Assembly (NCBI GenBank): GCA_040385285.1
Contig: JAZKHQ010000022.1
Location: 18,109-82,108 of the forward strand
From: Pseudomonadota bacterium
Lineage (GTDB): Bacteria; Pseudomonadota; Alphaproteobacteria; Caulobacterales; Caulobacteraceae
DNA: 64,000 nucleotides
Reading direction: 5' to 3'
The position numbers and the translations under genes were made by a program. The notes under the pieces are model-generated. The model saw only the letters and a program-made list of their open reading frames with translations, ran no database searches and was not told the DNA's origin. Positions 1 to 14,294 of the stretch are shown piece by piece (the first letter of the stretch is position 1; each line of letters begins with the position of its first letter).

Positions 1-2
1 AC

Positions 3-785
3 TATGCGCTGGACGCCCAGGCGGTCTGGGACATCAATCTGGAGGGGGCGAAGCTGGCTCGCGCCGCCGCCGACCGCTGGACGGAGAAGGAGCCGACGAA
101 GCCGCGCTTCGCCGCCGGCTCCATCGGGCCGCTGAACAAGATGCTGTCGATGTCGTCCGACGTGAACGACCCCGGCGCCCGCCTCGTCACCTTCGACCAG
201 GTCTATGAGGCCTATCGCCATCAGGTCATGGCCCTGCACGAGGGCGGCGTTCACCTGTTCCTGATCGAGACCATCACCGACACCCTGAACTGCAAGGCCG
301 CGATCAAGGCGATCAAGGATCTGGAGGATGAGGGGTATGAGCCCCTGCCCATCTGGATTTCAGGCACCATCACCGACCGCTCGGGCCGGACGCTCAGCGG
401 CCAGACGGCTGAGGCGTTCTGGAACAGCGTGCGCCACGCCAAACCCTTCGCCGTCGGGTTCAACTGCGCCCTCGGCGCCGACCTGATGCGGCCCTTCATC
501 GCCGAGTTGAGCCGCGTCGCCGACACCCTGGTCGCCGCCTATCCCAACGCCGGCCTGCCCAACGCCATGGGCCAGTACGACGAGCAGCCGCACCAGACCG
601 CCCACTTCCTCGAGGAGTGGGCGAAATCCGGCCTCGTCAACATCGTCGGCGGCTGCTGCGGCACGACGCCAGACCACATCCGTCACGTCGCTGAGGAGGT
701 CGCCGGCGTGACGCCCCGCGCCATCCCGGAACGGCCGGTGGCGATGCGGCTGTCGGGCCTCGAACCGTTTGAATTGGTAGCCTGA
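3..785 (+). CDS. metH: Methionine synthase, homocysteine-binding (Hcy S-methyltransferase) module; 5'-truncated by the window edge
   Basis: Frame is open from base 3 ([20 protein letters not shown]...[11 protein letters not shown]). Zn-ligand motifs GFNCALG and [11 protein letters not shown], plus YPNAGLPN. Confidence 0.95.
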   Translation, partial: YALDAQAVWDINLEGAKLARAAADRWTEKEPTKPRFAAGSIGPLNKMLSMSSDVNDPGARLVTFDQVYEAYRHQVMALHEGGVHLFLIETITDTLNCKAAIKAIKDLEDEGYEPLPIWISGTITDRSGRTLSGQTAEAFWNSVRHAKPFAVGFNCALGADLMRPFIAELSRVADTLVAAYPNAGLPNAMGQYDEQPHQTAHFLEEWAKSGLVNIVGGCCGTTPDHIRHVAEEVAGVTPRAIPERPVAMRLSGLEPFELVA

Positions 786-786
786 G

Positions 787-3453
<2,667 letters not shown>

Positions 3454-3456
3454 CGC

Positions 3457-4047
3457 CTACTCCAGCCCGACCTCGGCCGGGGTCGCGGGCGGGGTGGTGA
3501 TGTTGTCGAAAAGACGCCGCGCGGCGTGCTCGCACCGTCCCGGCAGACCGAAGAACAGGCCGAACGCCTGGTCCCTGGCCAGATCCTCGGCGGTCATCAG
3601 GGCGGTCCAGCGCGAGGCCCCTTGGGCGGCGGCCGCACGAGCAGCTTCCTTGACCGCCGGCGTCTGGCGGGCCTCGGAGCGATTGAGCGCCGCGCGGAAG
3701 TTGTCGGCCTCGATCCGGCCCAGCCGCAGGATGTCGCGGTCCAGATCGTCGGGGTCCGTCAGGGTCTCGCCCAGCGCCACATGGCCGCGCACCAGCGCCT
3801 CGCACCAGGCGACCAGAGGGTAATCGCCCTCGGGCGCGCCGTTGGGCATCGGATTGGCGTAGGCGATGGCCTCCCGTAACCGCAACGCGTCCGGGCTCTC
3901 GGCGGCGATGACGGTGCCGCCGGTGACGATCACCTCGTCCTGGGGCTGGACCGCGCCGGTGACGATCACCTCGCTCTGGCTCTGGGCAAAGGCGGGCCCG
4001 GCGCTCAGGGCGGCGAACAGGGCGAGGCTGGCGAGGCGAAGGGTCAT
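3457..4047 (-). CDS. Exported hypothetical protein with two EVIVTG (TonB-box-like) repeats after the signal peptide
   Basis: Signal peptide ending AFA|Q, host-like codon usage, two Cys; duplicated 18-nt segment CCGGTGACGATCACCTCG. Confidence 0.8.
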   Translation of the reverse strand: MTLRLASLALFAALSAGPAFAQSQSEVIVTGAVQPQDEVIVTGGTVIAAESPDALRLREAIAYANPMPNGAPEGDYPLVAWCEALVRGHVALGETLTDPDDLDRDILRLGRIEADNFRAALNRSEARQTPAVKEAARAAAAQGASRWTALMTAEDLARDQAFGLFFGLPGRCEHAARRLFDNITTPPATPAEVGLE

Positions 4048-4133
4048 GCAGGGTCCAAAGCAACAACCGGACCAGAGGCGTCCGGCACACGGTAACGCTT
4101 GATCGCGGCAATGGTTTTTCTGCGGCGCCGCTC

Positions 4134-4174
4134 TTTTGCAAAAGAAAAGGGCGGCGGACCGAAGTCCGCCGCCC
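4134..4174 (-). terminator. Rho-independent terminator of the TonB-dependent receptor
   Basis: Perfect 11-bp stem GGGCGGCGGAC/GTCCGCCGCCC with TTCG loop on the minus strand, followed by a T-rich tract. Confidence 0.9.
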
Positions 4175-4198
4175 GATCCTTGATCGTCTAACCGCGGA

Positions 4199-7100
4199 TT
4201 AGAAGCGGTAGGCGATGCTGAAGCGAACCGTGCGAGGCGCCTGGTAGGCGGTCACGCGGCCATAGTTCGGATCAGCCGACGACGGCAGGTTCGGGTTGAC
4301 CCCGACGAAGCCGGCAGCGGCGATATCGCCCAGTTGGCCGAACTCGTTGAAGTCCTGCTCCGACTGGAAGTCGAACACGTTGAAGATGTCCGCCCGAAGG
4401 GTCAGGCCTTCACCCGGCATGTTGAACGCTTCGCCCAGGTTGTAGGAGAAGGTCAGGTCCAGGTTCTTCAGCCAGTCGCTTTCGAACTGCGAACCACGCG
4501 GGGTCGGCGTCAGGGTGCCGTTCCGGTCGAGGTCGCAGAACCAGGACGCCGCGGCGTACTGATAGGCGAAGTCGTCGGTCGCGTGTTCGCCCTGGCAGCC
4601 GAACTTGCGCGGCGACTGGATGAGCAGGTTGGCGCCGATGTTCAGGTTCGGCGTCGCCTGCCAGTTGCCGAACACCTTGAACGAATGTTCGCGGTGGTTC
4701 GGCAGGAAGCCGTAGGCGCCGTCCGTCAGGCCAGGCTGGTCGAAGTCCTGCGACAGACCGGGGTCGGTCTGGCCGTTGTCGGACTTCAGCGCGCCTTCGT
4801 AGTTACCCTTGGATTGCGACCAGACGTAGCTGAAGCGAGCGCCCCAGACGCCGTCGAAGGCCTTCTCCATCGAGAGTTCGACGGCCTTGTAGGTGCGGTC
4901 CGGCGTCGGATAACCGAGCTGGTCGGCCGTGAGGGTGATCTCACGATCCGCCGTGATCAGGCCGCCCGTGGCGTTCGACAGGTCGGCGCCCGAGAGGGTG
5001 ATGACCATGTCTTCGCCGGGGTTCGTCAGCACGTACTGGTGGAAGCCGTACCACACGTTGTAGCAGACGGCCGCCGAGAGGCCGCCACCCGCCGCTTCGC
5101 AGTACTCCAGCACGGCGGCGTCGATGGCGACGTCGTCGATGGCGGTGCCCAGCTCACGGTAGGTGCCCTTCAGGCCGAAGGTCCAGCCGTTGTCCATCTG
5201 GCGCTCGTAGCCGAGGATGAACTCGTCCACGAACATCGGATCCAGCTCCTTGTCGACCTGGGTCGAGATGGGCTTGACCGAGCCGTCCGCCAGCGTGGAG
5301 GTGCCGAGCAGCGAGCCCAGGATGGGCTCGTCGGTGGTGTCGTGGATGCCGTCGGCGTTGAGGTCGTTCGGGCCGCCCGTCTGGTTCAGGCTCCAGGTGT
5401 CCGAGATGAAGAACTCGGCACCGGCCAGACGCTGGTTGGTGTTGACGGCGACCGGCAGGTAGTACTTGCCCCAGAAGCCGAACAGCTTGGACGAACGGTC
5501 GCCCGTGACGTCGTAGGTGAAGCCCAGACGCGGAGCCCACTGGTTCTGCAGATCGACGAAGGCGACGCCGGCGATGTTCTCGTTCTCGAAGCCTTCGTTG
5601 CGGATGCCCAGGTTCAGGGTCAGCCGATCCGTGATTTCCCACGAGTCCTGCAGGTAGTAGGCGTTCTGGGTCGAGGACCAGGCGCCGTCGTTGTCATAGG
5701 CGCGGATACGAACGCGACGCGGCTGACCGATCAGGTCAGTACGGACGCCGGCCGTCGCTGCGGTATGCAGCGTCTGGTAGCGGTACCAGAGACCACCGGT
5801 GACTTCGCCGGTGCAGGTGATGCCGTTGGCGAAGCCGCCGGGACGGCAGTAGCTGTAGCCCGAGCCGGAGTAGTCGAGCAGCTGGCTGGCTTCGAGCTTC
5901 TCCTGGTCGATGCCGACGCGGAAGTGGTGCTCGCCCCACAGGCTGGCGTAGATGTCCACGTCAGCGCGCAGGATCGTGCGCTCGTCCTCGTTCGTGGACG
6001 GCTGGCCCACGCCCCAGATGCCGCGGCGCGGGAAGCCCGGCAGCTGATCGGTGATCAGGGCGCCTGCGTCACCCGGCGAGTAGTTGTATTCGTTGTATTC
6101 GTTGACGCCGTACGACAGCGAAGTCGTCAGCCAGTCGGTCCAGATGCCGGTGTAGCGGGCGATCCAGTTCGTGCCGCCGAACTCGAAGGTCGAGGGCGTG
6201 AAGGTGGCGACCCGCTCACCGCTGCTGTCGACGTAGTAGTTGTCGGTTTCCTGCGACTGTTCGTCGGAGAAGTAGGTGAACTCCAGACGGTGATCGTCGT
6301 TGATCAGGAAGTCGACCTTGGCGCCGTAGAACGGATCGTCCGAGGTGACCGTCGTGGCGTTGGCGCCGGTGCCGAGGCCGCCGCTGTTCGCGGCTGAAAT
6401 CGGGGCGCCGACGTTGGTCGCTTCCCGATCACGGAAGTTGTACAGGCCGAAGATGAACAGACGGTCCTGGATGATCGGGCCGCCGAAGTCGAAGATGTAG
6501 TCGGTGGCCGACGTTTCATCGAAGTTGTTCTGGGCCAGATAGGTGTTCGGCGAGTCGGAACGCATGCTGTCCGGCGACCAGTAGGCGGTCAGGCCGAATT
6601 CCCACTCGTTGCCGCCCGACTTGGTCGTGCCGTTCAGCACGCCGCCGGTGCCGCGGCCGAATTCCGACGAATAGCCGCCGGTCTTGGTTTCCAGCGTCTG
6701 GTAGAACTCGAACGGAACGATCGACGAACCGGTGAAGTCACGGAATTTCGTGATGTTCAGGCCGTTGATGAAGTAGGTGTTTTCACCGGCCGACGCGCCG
6801 CCAATGGTCGGGATGTTGCCGAAGGCGCCGTCCGAGGCGGTCACGCCCGGAGCCAGCAGGGCCACCGAGCTGGCGTCGCGGGCGATCGGGATGTTGCGCG
6901 ACAGCTCTTCCACGTTGACGGTCAGACCGGTCGTGGTGGCGTCGAACTCCGAAACGGCCTGACGCACGCCGACGACGACGATTTCATCGACGTCCGAAGC
7001 GGCGTCCGACGAACCCACCGTGAAGGTGAACGACGTGGTGCCGCCCGCGTTGACGTTCAGGGTTTCGACCAGCGAGTTGAAGCCCGAGGCGTTGACGGTG

Positions 7101-7393
7101 GCTTCATACTGGCCCGGGGGCAGCGCGACGGCGCGGAACGAGCCCGAGGCGTCCGTGGAATAGGTGCGGGAGAAGCCCTGCGAAACCGACTGCAGCGTAA
7201 CGCTTGCGCCCGAGATCGGAGTGCCGGCCTGGTTGGCCACGGTGCCGGAAACGGCGCCTTGAGCCAAGTTTTGAGCGGCGGCGACCGTCGGCGTCAGCAT
7301 GACGGCGGCGGGCGCGGCGACCAGCGCAAGAAGCGCGGTGCCCCCGATCATCGTCGACTGAAGCAGACGCTGTCTGATGGTGTGGGTTTTCAA
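4199..7393 (-). CDS. TonB-dependent receptor, Oar-like, with N-terminal carboxypeptidase-regulatory-like domain
   Basis: TTG start at 7393 after an AGGAGG RBS; signal peptide; TonB box DEIVVVG; plug motif ENTYFINGLNIT; GRGTGGVLN; C-terminal YRF. Confidence 0.92.
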   Translation of the reverse strand: MKTHTIRQRLLQSTMIGGTALLALVAAPAAVMLTPTVAAAQNLAQGAVSGTVANQAGTPISGASVTLQSVSQGFSRTYSTDASGSFRAVALPPGQYEATVNASGFNSLVETLNVNAGGTTSFTFTVGSSDAASDVDEIVVVGVRQAVSEFDATTTGLTVNVEELSRNIPIARDASSVALLAPGVTASDGAFGNIPTIGGASAGENTYFINGLNITKFRDFTGSSIVPFEFYQTLETKTGGYSSEFGRGTGGVLNGTTKSGGNEWEFGLTAYWSPDSMRSDSPNTYLAQNNFDETSATDYIFDFGGPIIQDRLFIFGLYNFRDREATNVGAPISAANSGGLGTGANATTVTSDDPFYGAKVDFLINDDHRLEFTYFSDEQSQETDNYYVDSSGERVATFTPSTFEFGGTNWIARYTGIWTDWLTTSLSYGVNEYNEYNYSPGDAGALITDQLPGFPRRGIWGVGQPSTNEDERTILRADVDIYASLWGEHHFRVGIDQEKLEASQLLDYSGSGYSYCRPGGFANGITCTGEVTGGLWYRYQTLHTAATAGVRTDLIGQPRRVRIRAYDNDGAWSSTQNAYYLQDSWEITDRLTLNLGIRNEGFENENIAGVAFVDLQNQWAPRLGFTYDVTGDRSSKLFGFWGKYYLPVAVNTNQRLAGAEFFISDTWSLNQTGGPNDLNADGIHDTTDEPILGSLLGTSTLADGSVKPISTQVDKELDPMFVDEFILGYERQMDNGWTFGLKGTYRELGTAIDDVAIDAAVLEYCEAAGGGLSAAVCYNVWYGFHQYVLTNPGEDMVITLSGADLSNATGGLITADREITLTADQLGYPTPDRTYKAVELSMEKAFDGVWGARFSYVWSQSKGNYEGALKSDNGQTDPGLSQDFDQPGLTDGAYGFLPNHREHSFKVFGNWQATPNLNIGANLLIQSPRKFGCQGEHATDDFAYQYAAASWFCDLDRNGTLTPTPRGSQFESDWLKNLDLTFSYNLGEAFNMPGEGLTLRADIFNVFDFQSEQDFNEFGQLGDIAAAGFVGVNPNLPSSADPNYGRVTAYQAPRTVRFSIAYRF

Positions 7394-7617
7394 CTGTGGT
7401 CCTCCTGAGACCGCCCCGAAGTCCCCGATGACGGGTTCCCCTCCTGGTGCGGCAACCAACATCCGCGAGCCCCAATGCACGCAGATTGCCTGAGAGCTTA
7501 GTCTGGCGATCCGGCCGTCGCACTATAATTACAGCCAAGTAACCCCGACAACGCTCGATTGTCGTAATCTCGCCACACCCAGCTTGGCCGTTCTGATTTT
7601 GATAGGGAATTTGTCAC

Positions 7618-8031
7618 TTGCCGCACCACTATTCAGCCATTGACGACGGCGTTTTCGTCTCGGGGCAGCTCCGGCCCGAAAATGTGGGCGAATTGACCGC
7701 CCAGGGGTTCGCCTGGTTGGTGAATCACCGGCCTGACGGCGAAGAGCCCGGCCAGCCCTCCGCTGCGGCCGTTTCCGAGGCGGCTTCGCTGGCCGGAATG
7801 AAGGTGGTTCATGCCCCCGTGCGCGGCCTGCCTGACGCCGATGCGGTGGCCGCCACGGCCCGGGTTCTGGCCGCCCTGAAGCCGGGGGAGAAGGTGCTCA
7901 TGTTCTGCCGCTCGGGCATGCGCTCCAGCGCCGCTTGGGCCATGGCGCGCGCGCAGGAGGGCGCTCCGGCGGATGAACTGCGCACCAAGGCTGCGGCGGC
8001 AGGCTACGATCTCAGCCGCGTTCCGCTCTAG
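7618..8031 (+). CDS. TIGR01244-family sulfur transferase / phosphatase-like protein
   Basis: VSGQL, VNHRPDGEEPGQP and FCRSGMRS catalytic loop typical of the family. Confidence 0.85.
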   Translation: MPHHYSAIDDGVFVSGQLRPENVGELTAQGFAWLVNHRPDGEEPGQPSAAAVSEAASLAGMKVVHAPVRGLPDADAVAATARVLAALKPGEKVLMFCRSGMRSSAAWAMARAQEGAPADELRTKAAAAGYDLSRVPL

Positions 8032-8174
8032 CGGAGGATGGCCACGCGGCTCGCATACGGCGCCGGCTCGGGGGTGCAGGAGGCGACGACAAGTTGCGCC
8101 GCCATGAGACACAGGATGGCCGCCATGACGGGCTGGAGCCGATTTGATACAGCCAGGGCGATGGAAACGGCCAC
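8028..8174 (-). CDS. Putative 48-aa hydrophobic small protein or lipoprotein (not in the supplied ORF track)
   Basis: GTG start 8 nt after GGAG; MAVSIALAVSNRLQPVMAAILCLMAAQLVVASCTPEPAPYASRVAILR; fills an otherwise empty gap. Confidence 0.35.
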   Translation of the reverse strand: MAVSIALAVSNRLQPVMAAILCLMAAQLVVASCTPEPAPYASRVAILR

Positions 8175-8252
8175 GATGCGCACTCCGAAGGGGGTTTACG
8201 ACCTCTTAACGCAAGGGTCGGGCCGCCCCGGCCAGCGCCCGGGACGGGCGTC

Positions 8253-9155
8253 ATGATCCCCTTCGTGCGGCTGACGGATCCGGCCTACGGGCGATGCGAA
8301 CAGGTCTCGCCGTTGATCCGGCGCGTGATCGCGGACAATCCCGGGCCGTTCACCTACACCGGGACCGGGACCTACATCGTCGGGCGGCCCGATCCGGGCG
8401 CGACGTTGGCCGTGATCGATCCCGGTCCACTGGACGAGCGGCACCTGCAGGCCCTGCTGGCGGCGGTGGCCGGCCAGACGGTCAGCCATGTGCTGGTGAC
8501 CCACACCCACCGCGACCACGCCCCGCTCGCCCGCCCCTTCGCCGGAGCCGTGAGGGCCGAGATCGTGGCCGCCCCGCCGCCCCTCCGGACGACCCACGCC
8601 TCGGCCGGCATGGATGAGGACGACGACGAGGATTTCCGTCCTGACCGGGTGCTGGGCGATGGCGACGTCGTCGCGGGCGACGGCTGGACGCTGGAGACCC
8701 TGGCCACCCCGGGCCATGCCTCGAACCATCTATGCTTCGCCCTGCTGGAGGAGAACGCGCTGTTCAGCGGCGATCACGTGATGGGCTGGTCCACCACCAT
8801 CGTCGCCCCGCCAGACGGCGACATGGCCGCCTACATGGCCAGTCTGGAGCGGGTGATCGCGCGCGGCTTCTCGACCCTGTGGCCCACACACGGCGCGCCG
8901 GTGACCGATCCGGGACCGTTCCTGGCCGCCTATCGCGCGCACCGGCTGGAGCGCGAGGGCCAGATCCTGGCCGCCCTGACGCCCGGGGGCGTTCGTATCG
9001 CCGACATCGTGCCGACGCTCTATGCGGCGGTGGACCCGCGCCTGTGGCCGGCGGCCAGCCTGTCAGTGCTGGCGCACCTCATCGCCTTGACGCGGCAGGG
9101 ACGCGCCGTCGCCGATGGCGAACCGACGCTGCAGACGGTCTATCGCCCGGCCTGA
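8253..9155 (+). CDS. MBL-fold metallo-hydrolase (LACTB2/glyoxalase II-like)
   Basis: THTHRDH, PGHASNH, FSGDHVMG, WPTHG motifs; NPGPFTYTGTGTY N-terminus. Confidence 0.9.
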   Translation: MIPFVRLTDPAYGRCEQVSPLIRRVIADNPGPFTYTGTGTYIVGRPDPGATLAVIDPGPLDERHLQALLAAVAGQTVSHVLVTHTHRDHAPLARPFAGAVRAEIVAAPPPLRTTHASAGMDEDDDEDFRPDRVLGDGDVVAGDGWTLETLATPGHASNHLCFALLEENALFSGDHVMGWSTTIVAPPDGDMAAYMASLERVIARGFSTLWPTHGAPVTDPGPFLAAYRAHRLEREGQILAALTPGGVRIADIVPTLYAAVDPRLWPAASLSVLAHLIALTRQGRAVADGEPTLQTVYRPA

Positions 9156-9832
9156 AGCGAAGCGACGATCGCGCCGGCCAGACGGCAGGCCTCGGGGCCC
9201 TGGGCCACATCCTCTCGCGCCACGACGCGCACGTCGGTCTGGCCGGGGCGGATGCGGATCACGGCGTCATGGGTCAGGCCGAACCAGAAACCCACACGCG
9301 ACCCCTCGGCCCGGAACGGCGCGACGCCGACCACGCTGAAGCCCGCGGCCTTCAAGGCTTCGCGCGCCTTCTCCGGCGTGACCTGGGTCGGCAGGGCGGT
9401 CGCTGCGGTGCAGGTCGCCGGGGCAGTCAGCGCCATCGCCTTGTCCTCGGTCCGACGGCCTTCCAGCAGGCGCGAGAAGCCGGGCGGCTCGGACAGGTCG
9501 GTCGAGATGTCATTGGGCGCCGTCCCGAACTTCGCCTGTTGCGTCAGGAAGGCCGTCAGGGTCACGCCCGCGACCACCACGGACAGCACGGCGAAGAACC
9601 AGCGGCCTCGGGGCTGCTTCACCGCCAGGACCACGGCCAGGGCCGCCGCGCCGACCCCCGCCAGCGCCAGATAGCGCGCGACGGTCAGGGTCAGGGTCTC
9701 GAAAGCGAAATCCGCGCCCCATAGCCCCGTCCGCACGCCCCCGGCCGCGATCAGCACCAGCAACGGCGCGGCCGCCGTCACGGCGGTCAGGATCTGAACC
9801 CCGTCGCCGCCCTTGCCCTGTTTGTCCGCCAT
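9140..9832 (-). CDS. DUF1499-like membrane protein
   Basis: Three N-terminal TM segments followed by NDISTD and GFWFGLTHDAVIRIR motifs. Confidence 0.75.
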   Translation of the reverse strand: MADKQGKGGDGVQILTAVTAAAPLLVLIAAGGVRTGLWGADFAFETLTLTVARYLALAGVGAAALAVVLAVKQPRGRWFFAVLSVVVAGVTLTAFLTQQAKFGTAPNDISTDLSEPPGFSRLLEGRRTEDKAMALTAPATCTAATALPTQVTPEKAREALKAAGFSVVGVAPFRAEGSRVGFWFGLTHDAVIRIRPGQTDVRVVAREDVAQGPEACRLAGAIVASLQAGR

Positions 9833-9854
9833 CGTCGTCTCCCCGGATCGCGCC

Positions 9855-11486
<1,632 letters not shown>

Positions 11487-11644
11487 CGCAATCCCTCAAT
11501 CCGCATCGGCTTTTGCGACGCTTGAGCCCACGCTATCGGGGTGATCGGCGATAATCAACGTGACGCTAGGTCATCCCCGGCGCGCGTCCATGGCGTTCAC
11601 AGTCCTATGCGGCTAATCAGGCCGGGTTCGTCGTCGGAGGCCGC

Positions 11645-12289
11645 ATGTCCATTCTCGTCGCCATCACCGGCGGGTCCGGGTCGGGCAAGAGCACCCTGGC
11701 CGAGGCGGTCGTCTCGGCCCTGCCGCCCGGGACCGCCGTCCTGCTGCGCGAGGACTCCTATTACCGCGATGCGGCAAGCCTGCCCGAATTCGACCCGGCG
11801 ACCTTCGACTTCGACGACGTGGCGGCGCGCGACCACGAACTGATGATCCGTGACCTGACGGCGCTCAAGGCCGGCCGGGACATAACCGCCCCCCTCTATT
11901 CCTTCATCCACCACGGACGCGAGCCGGGCGGCGAGCCGGTGCGCGCCGCCGAGGTGGTGGTGGTCGAGGGCACGCATGTGCTGTGCACGCCCGAGCTGGT
12001 CGACCTGTTCGACATCCGGGTGTTCGTCGATACGCCCGCCGACATCCGTTTCATCCGCCGCCTGCTGCGCGACCAGGCCGAGCGGGGCCGCACCCCGGAT
12101 TCCGTCATCGGTCAGTATCTGGCCACCGTCCGTCCGGGCCACGAGCGCCTGACCGAACCGTCGAAGACCCACGCCGACTTCATCGTCGCCGACGCCACCG
12201 CCGCCGTGCGCCTGGAGGACGCCCAGGCCGTGGTCCGTCTGGCCGCTCCGCTGCTGGCCCATCCCCTGCTGGCGCGCTTCCGCGGCTGA
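11645..12289 (+). CDS. udk: Uridine kinase
   Basis: Walker A GGSGSGKST, EDSYYRD, VEGTH, DIRFIRRLLRD. Confidence 0.85.
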   Translation: MSILVAITGGSGSGKSTLAEAVVSALPPGTAVLLREDSYYRDAASLPEFDPATFDFDDVAARDHELMIRDLTALKAGRDITAPLYSFIHHGREPGGEPVRAAEVVVVEGTHVLCTPELVDLFDIRVFVDTPADIRFIRRLLRDQAERGRTPDSVIGQYLATVRPGHERLTEPSKTHADFIVADATAAVRLEDAQAVVRLAAPLLAHPLLARFRG

Positions 12290-12365
12290 TCCGCATTCGC
12301 GGAACAATGGTTGGGGGCTTGCACTAACCGATTGAACGCGCAAGCATCGGGGCCATCACCCCCTG

Positions 12366-13010
12366 ATGAATTTGCCTGACCCCATGATCGCCTCCGGCGC
12401 CTGCGCCGCCCCCACCGACCCCCGCCGCGACGCCGTCCTGAAGCACGCTCGCCGTCACTTCACGACCTTGGGTTTCGCCGCAGCAAAGATGGAGCCGATC
12501 GCCCGCGAGGCCTCGGTATCGACCGCCACCCTCTACGGCTATTTCGATTCCAAGGACGCGCTGTTCAAGGCGGTCATCGAGGACGCCTCCAACGACTTCG
12601 CCTGTCAGATGGACGCGGTCAAAGGCCTCGACGGCCCCGCGCGTCAGCAGCTGAGCACCTTCATCGCCGCATACGCCGCCTTCATGAGCGACCCGTTCGT
12701 GCGTTCGATCTTCCGTCTGGTGATGGCCGAGCGCCCGCGCTTCGGCGAAGTCGCCATGCGCTTCTTCGAGCGCGGCCGCAGCATATTCGGCGCGGCCCTG
12801 ATCGGTTCGATCGTCGAGCTGACCGAACGGGGCGAGCTGAACTGCGAAAAACCCTCCTGGGCCGCCGGCCAGTTGATGGGCCTGGTCGAGCATCCGGTGT
12901 TCTTCGTGCCTCTGGTCACCGGCGACGAGGTGAAGACGCGCCGCTCAATCGAGATGATCGCCGACGACGCGGTCGAGACCTTCCTGGCCCGCTACGGCGC
13001 TCAGGGATAA
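12366..13010 (+). CDS. TetR/AcrR family transcriptional regulator
   Basis: N-terminal HTH ([23 protein letters not shown]) and AefR-like C-terminal domain. Confidence 0.9.
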   Translation: MNLPDPMIASGACAAPTDPRRDAVLKHARRHFTTLGFAAAKMEPIAREASVSTATLYGYFDSKDALFKAVIEDASNDFACQMDAVKGLDGPARQQLSTFIAAYAAFMSDPFVRSIFRLVMAERPRFGEVAMRFFERGRSIFGAALIGSIVELTERGELNCEKPSWAAGQLMGLVEHPVFFVPLVTGDEVKTRRSIEMIADDAVETFLARYGAQG

Positions 13011-13675
13011 AGCCGGCCCCGGCTCCAGCCCTCGCCCGCCCGCTCATACCGCATCCGGTCGTGCAGCCTGAACGGCCGGTCGCGCCAGAATTCGATGCTT
13101 TCAGGGATCAGCCGCCAGCCGCTCCAGCGTTCGGGGCGGGGCACGTCCTGACCCTCAAACCGCGCTGTCTCGCGCGCCACGGCGGCCTCCAGCTCGGCCC
13201 GGCCCTCCAGCGGCCGTGACTGGTCCGAGGCCCAGGCCCCGATGCGGCTCTCCCGCGCCCGTTCGGCGAAATAGGCGTCGGCCTCCGCCTCGCTCACCGG
13301 CTCGACCCGGCCCCGCACCCGCACCTGTCGGCGCAGCGTCTTCCAGTGGAACAGCAGCGCCGTCCCCGGATGCGCCGCCAACTGCTCGCCCTTGGCGCTC
13401 TCGCGGTTGGAATAGAAGGTGAATCCCGTCGCATCGACGTCCTTAAGCAGCACCATCCGGCAGTCCGGCAGCCCGTCCGCATCGACGGTGGCCAGCGCCA
13501 TGGCGTTGGCGTCGTTGGGCTCATGCCTCAACGCCTCGGCCAGCCAGTCAGTGAACAGCCCGATAGGATCGTCCCGATCAAACGCCGCCTCGTCCCCATT
13601 GGCCGCCAGGGCGGCGGCGTAGTCGCGGGCATAGTCTTCACGGCTGGGGCTGGGCGGTATCACGGGCGCGGTCAT
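13001..13675 (-). CDS. pdxH: Pyridoxamine 5'-phosphate oxidase
   Basis: [38 protein letters not shown]. Confidence 0.95.
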   Translation of the reverse strand: MTAPVIPPSPSREDYARDYAAALAANGDEAAFDRDDPIGLFTDWLAEALRHEPNDANAMALATVDADGLPDCRMVLLKDVDATGFTFYSNRESAKGEQLAAHPGTALLFHWKTLRRQVRVRGRVEPVSEAEADAYFAERARESRIGAWASDQSRPLEGRAELEAAVARETARFEGQDVPRPERWSGWRLIPESIEFWRDRPFRLHDRMRYERAGEGWSRGRLYP

Positions 13676-13712
13676 TGGGCCGCTATACGCCGCGCTCAGC
13701 CCGCCGCAAAGA

Positions 13713-14132
13713 TCACCCGCCTGAACGCTCGCGCAGTTCCTGTTCCTTGGCGGCCAGTTCCGGGGTGATGTTGTCGAAGTCCTCGAACGTCACGAACGGC
13801 CGGATCTCGACTTCGCCGTGCAGGTTGTCGGTGTTGGGGATGCGGCGCGCCCATTCGACGGCGGTATCCATGTCCTTGACCTCCCACACCCAGTAGCCGG
13901 CGATCAGCTCCTTGGTCTCAGCGAACGGGCCGTCATAGACGGTCGGCGCGGCGTTCGGCGAGAACACGACCCGCTTGCCTTTCGATGAGGGCTGCAGGCC
14001 GTCGCCGCCCAGCATCATGCCGGCGTTCACCAGCTCCTCGTTGAAGGCCATCATCTCGGTCATCAGGGCTTCGGAGGGCTGCACGCCCTGCTCGATCGCT
14101 TCCGTGCCCTTCATCATCACCATGACCCGCAT
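13713..14132 (-). CDS. YciI/DGPF-domain protein
   Basis: [16 protein letters not shown] motif; start placed at MRVMVMMK with an upstream GGAGAG RBS. Confidence 0.88.
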   Translation of the reverse strand: MRVMVMMKGTEAIEQGVQPSEALMTEMMAFNEELVNAGMMLGGDGLQPSSKGKRVVFSPNAAPTVYDGPFAETKELIAGYWVWEVKDMDTAVEWARRIPNTDNLHGEVEIRPFVTFEDFDNITPELAAKEQELRERSGG

Positions 14133-14255
14133 GTCGTCTCTCCCTCGGCTGGCCGGTCCCGGTCCGTCCGGGCGCGTCGGCTCTCTGATGACACGTCGAA
14201 CGGCGCCGCGCGATTCCGACAGGGGCGCCAAAATTTCACGGCGGCGCCGTCACGG

Positions 14256-14274
14256 TTAACCCGGCCTTGACCAT
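14256..14274 (+). promoter_or_regulatory. CtrA-like binding site upstream of the DnaJ-like gene
   Basis: TTAA-N7-TTGA(CCAT), one mismatch from the TTAA-N7-TTAA consensus. Confidence 0.5.
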
Positions 14275-14294
14275 GCCGCCCCAAGGGTCTGCGG

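Noticed and set aside
4149-4174. Member of the GTCCGC palindrome family
   Set aside because: Arm order is reversed (GCGGAC before GTCCGC), with a TTCG tetraloop and T tract; this is an ordinary terminator.
7394-7617. Cobalamin riboswitch upstream of the TonB receptor, or upstream of the ABC-mutase operon (44760-44862)
   Set aside because: I could not find the conserved GGGAA / GCCACTG / GGGAAG elements on either strand; a covariance-model search would be decisive.
7618-9155. Split Blh-type persulfide dioxygenase system (TIGR01244 plus MBL)
   Set aside because: The MBL looks LACTB2/glyoxalase-II-like rather than ETHE1-like, lies about 220 nt away, and no SQR or sulfite exporter is nearby.
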